Positions 9,855 to 15,788 of a DNA stretch of 45,043 nt are shown in pieces. The DNA lies in IMG/VR virus record IMGVR_UViG_3300028549_000749, positions 1 through 45,043 of that record; one strand, 5' to 3'. The stretch's first letter is position 1. Every line of letters starts with the position of its first letter. Under the pieces are notes generated by a model. That model did no database searches, was not told where the DNA came from, and saw only the letters and a list, made by a program, of their open reading frames with translations. The stretch comes from a virus. The position numbers and the translations under genes were made by a program.

Positions 9855-10219
9855 TGGCTCACAGCGGAACGATTCTTTTTATGCGGACGGTTCCAGGAAA
9901 ACCGGAACTTAGGGCACTAACTTTATCTCTTGAGTGCAAGATGTGGGATGGCACAACGGATCTTATCCCGGCGGGATTTTCGTGGGACGGCAACTCTATC
10001 CCATTTATTTTTCGGGGGTTGTTCCCTCGGCATGATCACCCGCTGGCGTCAATAAAACATGACTATAGATGTAGCAAGGCAAAGAACACAGCGCAACGGG
10101 CGTGGTCTGATTTGGAGTTTCAGGCAGACGTTGGCACAACCGGGTGGTGGATCACTAAAAAGATAGGGTATATCGGGGTAAGGATCGGGGCTTTTTTAGG
10201 AATTGGCAGCAACTTTTAA
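9854..10219 (+). CDS. DUF1353-like protein
   Basis: The motif FSWDGNSIPFIFRGLFPRHDHPLASIKHDY resembles the DUF1353 core. It is the last gene of the late operon. Confidence 0.5.
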   Translation: MAHSGTILFMRTVPGKPELRALTLSLECKMWDGTTDLIPAGFSWDGNSIPFIFRGLFPRHDHPLASIKHDYRCSKAKNTAQRAWSDLEFQADVGTTGWWITKKIGYIGVRIGAFLGIGSNF

Positions 10220-10224
10220 GATAT

Positions 10225-10263
10225 GAGCCGCTCCGGTTAATGTTATCGGAGCGGCTTTTTTTA
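10225..10263. terminator. Bidirectional intrinsic terminator between convergent operons
   Basis: gagccgctccg-N11-cggagcggct followed by a T8 run. It sits between the + gene ending at 10219 and the - gene ending at 10264. Confidence 0.8.
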
Positions 10264-11049
10264 TTAGGCTGTTAACTCGTTATAAAGCTCGTTGAAAGTA
10301 TCTTCATAATAATGGGGCTGAACTTCAAGTCTATTCTGGGGACTCACATCTTTTTGACCGAACTTCAATCCCTTTGTTGTCAATGCTTTAAATGTCTTCG
10401 CCCCTTTGCTTGAAGGTCTTTCTTTTTCCTCAAGATATCCTGCCACCACCATAAGGGCATTAAATACCCTAACATTTATTGGGAGATTGTTCTTTTTTAA
10501 AAGCTCAGTTGCTGAGAATACCACCCTTGCCTTTTCCACATATTCCGGGAGAAAGGAGCTGCTGATATTATTTGCCTTGTAAACCATTGAGACAATATCA
10601 ATCTTTGACGCATCCGAATAATTTAACATCCTGGCGATTGTCTCCGCTCCCATCAATTGGCATTGAACGGTTTCCGGGATTTGTGCCGGGGCTTTTACTC
10701 TCCGAGATACCCTTTCACATTCAATGAAATACTTCCTTGCAGCTCTTCCTTTGTCGTTTTTCTCAACCATGGAAAGCTCTTTTGCCATGTCAAGAGAAAG
10801 GGCATATTCTACACGGGCTTTAGAATTTGATTCCACAAAATTATGGAATTGAATAAAATCAATATCTTGTGTAAACCCATACTGCTCGATCCTGCCTTTT
10901 ATCCATGTTGAATAATCTTGACCAACTTCAAGGAAAGAATGAAGTTCCCGAGCGTCAACTGAATTGACAACCTCTCCCCCGATTGCAGCTTCTGAAACTC
11001 TTACCAGTTGATTTATTGCAGAACTTGTGCTAAAGTTTCCTACTGTCAT
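10264..11049 (-). CDS. ant: Antirepressor, AntA/AntB N-terminal domain (copy 1)
   Basis: VVNSVDARELHSFLEVGQDYSTWIKGRIEQYGFTQDIDF...MAKELSMVEKNDKGRAARKYFIECE is the AntA/AntB-type N-terminal signature. Paralogous to 25262-26044. Confidence 0.75.
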   Translation of the reverse strand: MTVGNFSTSSAINQLVRVSEAAIGGEVVNSVDARELHSFLEVGQDYSTWIKGRIEQYGFTQDIDFIQFHNFVESNSKARVEYALSLDMAKELSMVEKNDKGRAARKYFIECERVSRRVKAPAQIPETVQCQLMGAETIARMLNYSDASKIDIVSMVYKANNISSSFLPEYVEKARVVFSATELLKKNNLPINVRVFNALMVVAGYLEEKERPSSKGAKTFKALTTKGLKFGQKDVSPQNRLEVQPHYYEDTFNELYNELTA

Positions 11050-11054
11050 AATTT

Positions 11055-11258
11055 TTATCCTTGTTTAAGTTGTGACTGTTCGGGCTTGTCAGTGACCGAT
11101 TCATTGATAAGCCCTTCTTTTTTCTTGCGGTCATCATCCATAATAAAATCCTGTATTGCCGTCAATACTAATTCCGACATTGTTTTATCATGGACATGGG
11201 CAAGGCCTTTAAACTTGTAATGTAAATCTTTTGGAATCTTGATTGTTAACTGTTTCAT
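11055..11258 (-). CDS. Ribbon-helix-helix (Arc/CopG-like) DNA-binding protein
   Basis: MKQLTIKIPKDLHYKFKGLAHVHDKTMSELVLTAIQDFI shows a beta-strand plus two-helix RHH pattern. It lies directly upstream of ant, as arc-ant does in P22 immI. Confidence 0.65.
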   Translation of the reverse strand: MKQLTIKIPKDLHYKFKGLAHVHDKTMSELVLTAIQDFIMDDDRKKKEGLINESVTDKPEQSQLKQG

Positions 11259-11277
11259 TATTTGATCCTTTTTTATG

Positions 11278-11306
11278 TTTGTACTCTTTTACATTTTTAA
11301 AGTCAA
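11278..11306 (-). promoter_or_regulatory. Possible sigma70-type promoter for the RHH-ant pair
   Basis: Minus strand TTGACT-N17-TACAAA. The leader is short and barely includes the SD. Confidence 0.3.
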
Positions 11307-11410
11307 TACAGAAAATTGTCCAAGATACAGAAGTTGAAAATCGTCCCAACTATGGCAGCAATTACGCTCCCCACATAAACAACCATCACTGTTATGTCAA
11401 ATTCTCTCAT
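11303..11410 (-). CDS. Possible small hydrophobic peptide (35 aa)
   Basis: MREFDITVMVVYVGSVIAAIVGTIFNFCILDNFLY. No clear RBS, so this is weak. Confidence 0.2.
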   Translation of the reverse strand: MREFDITVMVVYVGSVIAAIVGTIFNFCILDNFLY

Positions 11411-11449
11411 TTGTAGTCTCCCATTATTTTATTCGGTCTGGTAGGTTCA

Positions 11450-11620
11450 TTATTTCTCCTTTTTCACGATCTCAAACCCATTTTTATTTAGCCATTCATG
11501 AAACTCTTTGGCAGTAAAAACACAATCCTTTGGGAGCCAAAGACATTTTATAATCCAGTTTTTTGACTGCAAGTTGATACACTTCTTGGCCTTGCAGAAC
11601 TCGAACTTTTCATATTTCAT
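11450..11620 (-). CDS. Hypothetical small protein (56 aa)
   Basis: Not in the track. ATGA overlap with the upstream gene stop. Sequence: MKYEKFEFCKAKKCINLQSKNWIIKCLWLPKDCVFTAKEFHEWLNKNGFEIVKKEK. Confidence 0.5.
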   Translation of the reverse strand: MKYEKFEFCKAKKCINLQSKNWIIKCLWLPKDCVFTAKEFHEWLNKNGFEIVKKEK

Positions 11621-11919
11621 TCTATTTCCACCATCTCGTATTTAAATTTTGATATATGCGCCCATTCTGATGTTCCAAACTCCACATATTTTCCGCTCGA
11701 AAATAGCAAGAGTATGTTTGCCGATCCTCCGATATTGATAATGCCGTCCCCAATAGCATCTTTAGGATATGGAGCTTTAGCGGAAGAGATGTAATAGTCT
11801 TTATCATGCAAGCTGTAATAACCAAGCTTCCAAGCCCCTTTAATTATACCTGTGCCAAAGATCTTCCGTGCATGTTTTAACAATGAGTATGATTTTAAGG
11901 CGTAAACTTTATCTTTCAT
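11617..11919 (-). CDS. Hypothetical protein (100 aa)
   Basis: Track ORF trimmed to the ATG preceded by ggaggaaat (MKDKVYALK...). Confidence 0.6.
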   Translation of the reverse strand: MKDKVYALKSYSLLKHARKIFGTGIIKGAWKLGYYSLHDKDYYISSAKAPYPKDAIGDGIINIGGSANILLLFSSGKYVEFGTSEWAHISKFKYEMVEIE

Positions 11920-11927
11920 ATTTCCTC

Positions 11928-12137
11928 CTACCAAAAAACTCCATAAAGTATGAATTCACCATTACAAACTGGACAGGTGACCGTTTCCTCAATAGCCGGA
12001 AGATGATCGGCCCACGGATCGGTTACCGAAAACAGTTCCTCCAACAGCTCGTTATTTTCAAGCAGGTTGACACGCTGTTTACACAATGGACAACGGACAC
12101 TAAGCTCGATTGACAGTGAAGGGGTTGCTTTTTTCAT
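11928..12137 (-). CDS. Zn-ribbon protein (69 aa)
   Basis: Track ORF trimmed to M41, which has the RBS gaggagaagatcATG. Contains CPLC...CPVC pairs. Confidence 0.55.
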   Translation of the reverse strand: MKKATPSLSIELSVRCPLCKQRVNLLENNELLEELFSVTDPWADHLPAIEETVTCPVCNGEFILYGVFW

Positions 12138-12426
12138 GATCTTCTCCTCTAAACAAAACGGGTTTCCGTAAACAGTTGGCCAAAGCCACCTCCGCAATCG
12201 CCCCTGGAGACTCTTCCCAGTCCGGCAACGCCGCCAGCAAATCACATTCAAACACATAGTTCATACTGAGCCTCATATATGCCTCATATGTCAACCCATC
12301 TTCGTAATCGAGCGGAGACAGAACTTGATACCCAAGAGCCTCGTAATGATCTTTGATCCTCTGGAGTTTTTTTTTCCAGTTGGGATCTTTTGATATTGCG
12401 CCGATGGTGTAGATCTTTAATTTCAT
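12100..12426 (-). CDS. DUF4406 / nucleoside 2-deoxyribosyltransferase-like protein
   Basis: MKLKIYTIGAIS...YMRLSMNYVFECDLLAALPDWEESPGAIAEVALA matches the DUF4406 pattern (cD..l.l.gWe.S.GA..E...A). Confidence 0.5.
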   Translation of the reverse strand: MKLKIYTIGAISKDPNWKKKLQRIKDHYEALGYQVLSPLDYEDGLTYEAYMRLSMNYVFECDLLAALPDWEESPGAIAEVALANCLRKPVLFRGEDHEKSNPFTVNRA

Positions 12427-12527
12427 TTAGTTGAGACCCCCAGGGTATCGGCTATAACGATAGCCTTTTCATCTTCGGTTACAGTCCTGATCTTCCATCC
12501 GTTCTCTTTGAAGACTTGAAAGGCCAT
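12423..12527 (-). CDS. Possible small protein (34 aa)
   Basis: Internal ATG with the RBS ggaggaatgatagaATG just after the Rha stop. ATGA overlap with the downstream gene. Confidence 0.35.
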   Translation of the reverse strand: MAFQVFKENGWKIRTVTEDEKAIVIADTLGVSTK

Positions 12528-12531
12528 TCTA

Positions 12532-13245
12532 TCATTCCTCCAATGCCGTAATGATATCAAGGCAATTCTGACGATGCCGCCTCGAATATAGTTTTTTAAG
12601 ATTGTCTTTTCGCTCCTGGTAATCCATACCAAGTTCAATCAAGGCAGTATTTACTTTTTGCATGTCGGCAATGGCTGTGATAATTGGCTCTGGCATATGG
12701 TCCCTGAAACGCTCGTTTATATCGATATCGTGAATCTCACACCATTTCTTTTTTGTAACGCCCAGGACTATTTTATAAATCAATGTATGTTCATTTGAAA
12801 AATGATGTGGCATTGTTTCTTTTCCCAGTTCATTCCTGATATTCAAAAGAGCATCGGTCATAGGCTTGCATCCAAACCTTGCTATTTCATCTGATCTTTT
12901 ACGAATAGCCTCGTTTTTTATGAACGATTCCATTTTGTTGAAAGCATCAAGGAAAGACTCCCTCCATTGTGCCGCTTTATCTCCGGTGAATTTCATTATC
13001 AAGCAAGAGAAACCATCTCGTGTCATAAGGTAATATTTGTTCTTTTTACCGGAACCATCCTTATATTCACTCAACGCAAAATTGCGTTCAGTGAATTGCT
13101 GAGATTGACCCGATTTTTCTATAGCCCTAATGACGTCGGAATGTCTTTTCCCATAACTCAAAGCAACTTCTATAGAGGAAACTCTTACTCCGCCATTAAT
13201 CACAAACTCAATTCCATCAATTACCTTGGGTAAATTCTTCATCAT
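12532..13245 (-). CDS. rha: Rha-family phage regulatory protein (copy 1)
   Basis: VRVSSIEVALSYGKRHSDVIRAIE...YYLMTRDGFSCLIMKFTGDKAAQWRESFLDAFNKME matches the Phage_pRha pattern. The start was chosen at the ATG with the RBS gaggagaaag. By eye roughly 60% identical to 18453-19163. Confidence 0.8.
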   Translation of the reverse strand: MMKNLPKVIDGIEFVINGGVRVSSIEVALSYGKRHSDVIRAIEKSGQSQQFTERNFALSEYKDGSGKKNKYYLMTRDGFSCLIMKFTGDKAAQWRESFLDAFNKMESFIKNEAIRKRSDEIARFGCKPMTDALLNIRNELGKETMPHHFSNEHTLIYKIVLGVTKKKWCEIHDIDINERFRDHMPEPIITAIADMQKVNTALIELGMDYQERKDNLKKLYSRRHRQNCLDIITALEE

Positions 13246-13375
13246 CTTTCTCCTCTTTAACATCGTCTTTGATGTGCTGTAAAATTATCTCGGTCATTGT
13301 AAGGCCCTTTTCAACTGCATAATGTTTAAACTTTTTATGCAACTCCTCGTCAATTCTCATTACGAACTTTTTCAT
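13217..13375 (-). CDS. Ribbon-helix-helix protein (52 aa) upstream of Rha copy 1
   Basis: Not in the track. MKKFVMRIDEELHKKFKHYAVEKGLTMTEIILQHIKDD... RBS aaggaggttattaaATG. Confidence 0.6.
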   Translation of the reverse strand: MKKFVMRIDEELHKKFKHYAVEKGLTMTEIILQHIKDDVKEEKDDEEFTQGN

Positions 13376-13404
13376 TTAATAACCTCCTTTTTTGTGTATG
13401 GCTC

Positions 13405-13433
13405 AATATATATCTACACGTTAACAAAGTCAA
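13405..13433 (-). promoter_or_regulatory. Promoter of the leftward RHH-Rha...Ant operon
   Basis: Minus strand TTGACT-N17-TATATT, about 30 nt upstream of the RHH start. Confidence 0.6.
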
Positions 13434-13450
13434 GAACTATTTCATAAAAC

Positions 13451-13479
13451 TTGACACCATGAATAAAATATGAGAAATA
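13451..13479 (+). promoter_or_regulatory. Divergent promoter of the + strand cassette
   Basis: TTGACA-N17-GAAATA with TG at the extended -10 position (tgaGAAATA). Confidence 0.45.
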
Positions 13480-13485
13480 TAAAGC

Positions 13486-13604
13486 GTGGGCGGAAATGGC
13501 CATTTCCGAGACTGGTTCCCGCAAGCCAGCCGTCCCACACTCCATACATTGCGGAAAAGAAAGACCCCATTACGGCTTGCGGAGCTGTAGATGGGGTTTT
13601 TTAT
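13486..13604 (+). ncRNA. Structured 5' leader / candidate riboswitch-like attenuator (or stand-alone sRNA)
   Basis: P1 gtggg(13486-90)/cccac(13534-38). P2 cggaaat-ggcc-atttccg (13491-13508). P3 ctggtt-cccgca-agccag (13512-29). A terminator hairpin plus T-run follows. ccgcaagcc (13519-27) is perfectly complementary to ggcttgcgg (13574-82). Confidence 0.5.
13564..13604 (+). terminator. Intrinsic terminator inside the leader, 50 nt upstream of the first cassette ORF
   Basis: accccattac / gta(g)atggggt is a 10-bp stem with one bulge, followed by ttttttatt. Confidence 0.65.
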
Positions 13605-13655
13605 TCCCGGATCAATCAGCAATAACGCTGACAGCACATATATGGAGACTCAAAA

Positions 13656-14216
13656 ATGGAAAATGGTTTCGGAACTACTGACATTCTGACTGGTAGAGGG
13701 CTTGGTTTGGCTGGATTTGGTGGATATAATTACGGCGGGCAGTATGCGGATGTAAGCTCTAATGCCGTGCGAATCAACAGAAATGAGGGCGTAACCCGTG
13801 ATGCTGCATCTTGCGTTACTGGAGTTCTTGGAGCCAGCCTTGATCGTATCTCCGCACAGAACTTTGAGGGCAGATTCAACGCTGCCATTACGTCCTTGAG
13901 AGACGGGCAGTTTCAGGGAGAACTTAGGCTCAGTGACAGCTTGGCAGCCATTAGGCTTGATGCTGCTCATCAGGCGGCGGCGGCGGCTCAGTGTTGTTGT
14001 GAACTTAAAATTGAAATGTTGAAATGCTGCTGCGAAACTCAGAAACTCGTATCCGCTGAGGGGACCGCAACCAGGGAACTTATCAACCAGAACACAATCC
14101 GGGCAGCCGTTGACCAGAACAACATCAATGCCACTGTAGGTGCAATCAATGCCAATGCCAATGCTAATGCAAACGCAATTGTCCAGGCCATTAACAGCCA
14201 GTGCAGCAAGTCTTAA
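13656..14216 (+). CDS. Orphan protein with two Cys triplets (186 aa)
   Basis: RBS ggagactcaaaaATG. Gly/aromatic-rich N-terminus, Ala-rich helix, QCCCELKIEMLKCCCETQ, and an Asn/Ala-rich C-terminus (INANANANANA). No family recognised. Confidence 0.7.
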   Translation: MENGFGTTDILTGRGLGLAGFGGYNYGGQYADVSSNAVRINRNEGVTRDAASCVTGVLGASLDRISAQNFEGRFNAAITSLRDGQFQGELRLSDSLAAIRLDAAHQAAAAAQCCCELKIEMLKCCCETQKLVSAEGTATRELINQNTIRAAVDQNNINATVGAINANANANANAIVQAINSQCSKS

Positions 14217-14226
14217 TCGTTAAACA

Positions 14227-14248
14227 GGCGGGGCCAATGCGCCCCGCC
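14227..14248 (+). other. GC-rich intercistronic hairpin
   Basis: ggcgggg...ccccgcc directly after the stop of the 186-aa ORF, with no U-tract. Confidence 0.4.
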
Positions 14249-14261
14249 ATAAAGGAATATC

Positions 14262-14528
14262 ATGACAGAACCTAAAGATTTGCTTGAAAAAGAATCAACT
14301 CCATATGACATTGGCGGTCCTAATGCAAAAAAGGGAATGGTTTTAACAGACGCTGATCTTGCAACAAAAGAGGCCGTGCAGTGGAATGGTTTTGGTTTTG
14401 TTTGCAAGCTGTGCGGGATCCCAGCGGTTTTGCATTTTATGAAGTATTGCGGCAATTGTGGCGCTGCCGTTAATGTTCAATCAAATAAAGTTAACCGTTA
14501 TCTCGAAAAAAGAGAGGAGCGATATTGA
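14262..14528 (+). CDS. Zn-ribbon protein (88 aa)
   Basis: CKLCGIPAVLHFMKYCGNCG (CxxC-x11-CxxC). RBS aaaggaatatcATG. Confidence 0.65.
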   Translation: MTEPKDLLEKESTPYDIGGPNAKKGMVLTDADLATKEAVQWNGFGFVCKLCGIPAVLHFMKYCGNCGAAVNVQSNKVNRYLEKREERY

Positions 14529-14734
14529 TGGAAGAAAAATCGGATCTTGAAATGGCAATGGCTGCACTGACCGATGAAGTTGGTGGAGTTAAGGAATATC
14601 TTGAGATTGCAGAATATTGCAAGGACCAGGAGCTTAAAGCCATCGCCATGAACATTGCAGCAGACGAAAAGAAACATGCTAATATCCTGATGCAGTTTGT
14701 GGCAAAGCATGTGCAGGCCATGCTTTCAAAATAA
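14528..14734 (+). CDS. Two-helix ferritin-like protein, encapsulated-ferritin (EncFtn)-like
   Basis: TGATG overlap with the upstream stop. In the track numbering DEVGGVKEY...QELKAIAMNIAADEKKHANILMQFV gives E18, Y25, E48, H51. This has the same spacing as the EncFtn ferroxidase residues E32/Y39/E62/H65 (recalled from the R. rubrum protein). Confidence 0.55.
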   Translation: MEEKSDLEMAMAALTDEVGGVKEYLEIAEYCKDQELKAIAMNIAADEKKHANILMQFVAKHVQAMLSK

Positions 14735-14741
14735 AAATAAA

Positions 14742-14767
14742 CCATCCCGTAATTTTGTGCGGGATGG
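14742..14767. terminator. Terminator hairpin between convergent genes
   Basis: ccatcccg-N10-cgggatgg. On the minus strand it is followed by tttatttttatttt. It closes both the long leftward early operon and the + cassette. Confidence 0.65.
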
Positions 14768-14783
14768 CTTATTAAAAAATCAA

Positions 14784-15185
14784 CTATTCATGACACGTTC
14801 TCTCTGATCTGATGATTTCGTCCGCTGTTTTTCTGCATATCTTGCATATGACATGTTCCCAAGGATGTAAATGTTTTTTGATGTGGCGAATAAAAATATC
14901 GTCTCTTGACATTATCTCAATCTCTGATATGGCCTTAAGTACTGTATCAACGGTTACCCTGTCGTAATCTTTAATATCTTCTGGCAAACTATCGTAAGGA
15001 TACATATCTGGGTGACACAGATCACAAAACTTAAAACGTTCTGGGGTCTTATAAAAACCTAATGATTTTATCTTTGGGCAGTCAACTGGTGCATGAAACC
15101 CGGCTGCCTTCTTGGTTTCCCACCATGCGTCATGGACCTTTGCTGCAATCTCTTCTTTACGTTCTGTAAGTTCTTTAATTTCCAC
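14784..15185 (-). CDS. RyR-domain protein
   Basis: IAAKVHDAWWETKKAAGFHAP...CHPDMYPYDSLPEDIKDYDRVTVDTVL resembles the bacterial/phage RyR domain (HE.W...k...GW.yG...hP.lvPy..L.e..K..dR). GTG start with the RBS ggaggcagaactGTG. Confidence 0.5.
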   Translation of the reverse strand: MEIKELTERKEEIAAKVHDAWWETKKAAGFHAPVDCPKIKSLGFYKTPERFKFCDLCHPDMYPYDSLPEDIKDYDRVTVDTVLKAISEIEIMSRDDIFIRHIKKHLHPWEHVICKICRKTADEIIRSERTCHE

Positions 15186-15220
15186 AGTTCTGCCTCCATA
15201 TTAATGTCATAAACCCAAGT

Positions 15221-15361
15221 TTAACGTAATGATTTATCATCGTCAACATCCTCATTGTCATCATCTTCATTCTTGCGCTGATCCCTCGCCGGGTAAAATC
15301 CCAGGACTGCAAAAAACTCCTGACATGGGTAGTATAGCTTTTCGTCTTCTTTTTTCATCAT
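15221..15361 (-). CDS. Small acidic protein (46 aa)
   Basis: Trimmed to the ATG in ATGA overlap with the upstream stop. Asp/Glu-rich C-terminus. Confidence 0.45.
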   Translation of the reverse strand: MMKKEDEKLYYPCQEFFAVLGFYPARDQRKNEDDDNEDVDDDKSLR

Positions 15362-15777
15362 GACTCCATTATGCTTTTCCATTTGTTTGCAGCCACAGAC
15401 CCTGCCCAAAATGACGGAGCAGGAGCCTTTCCGGATCTCTCAAAGTATTCCACAATATCGTTGAGAGTTTCGGTTATCCTGGGGTTATATTTAAACTCTG
15501 ATCGCTCGATCAAATCAAGGCAAAATGACACGAGCGTAATAATGTGCTTGGGCTTTCCTTCCCATCCGGTTTCTTTGCCGAATTTTCCGACTAAAGACTC
15601 TATTATATCAAGCTCCCTTATCGTTGCCCTGGGAATTGCCTCAAGCTCTTTTGTTGCCGTTTTTGTTAGCCTGTTGTAAAGGTTTTTTAGTCTCCCCGGC
15701 TTGACTTGATCCTTGGTAAACTCCGGGATGCTGATTATCATTGCAAGCTCTGTCATCTTTTTATTTGTTTTATTCAT
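15358..15777 (-). CDS. Hypothetical protein (139 aa)
   Basis: RBS aagaggcatcATG. No family recognised. Confidence 0.65.
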   Translation of the reverse strand: MNKTNKKMTELAMIISIPEFTKDQVKPGRLKNLYNRLTKTATKELEAIPRATIRELDIIESLVGKFGKETGWEGKPKHIITLVSFCLDLIERSEFKYNPRITETLNDIVEYFERSGKAPAPSFWAGSVAANKWKSIMES

Positions 15778-15788
15778 GATGCCTCTTT

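Noticed and set aside
11928-12257. Full-length 109-aa version of the Zn-ribbon ORF
   Set aside because: Its first 40 codons overlap the DUF4406-like gene, whose motifs are recognisable. An internal ATG with a strong SD gives a compact 69-aa Zn-ribbon protein.
13496-13681. 61-aa + strand ORF covering the leader region
   Set aside because: It runs through the three-way junction and the terminator, and it overlaps the SD and ATG of the 186-aa gene out of frame. It has no SD. The RNA-structure explanation is better supported.
13650-13970. 106-aa minus-strand ORF antisense to the triple-Cys gene
   Set aside because: It has no promoter or SD, and it would have to be transcribed through the convergent terminator. 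The sense ORF has a good SD and sits in a coherent cassette.
14148-14177. Hexanucleotide repeat AATGCC/AATGCC/AATGCT/AATGCA/AACGCA (encoding ANANANAN), considered as a slippage-based phase-variation tract
   Set aside because: The repeat unit is a multiple of 3 and imperfect. Slippage would only change the Ala-Asn repeat number and could not switch the frame on or off.
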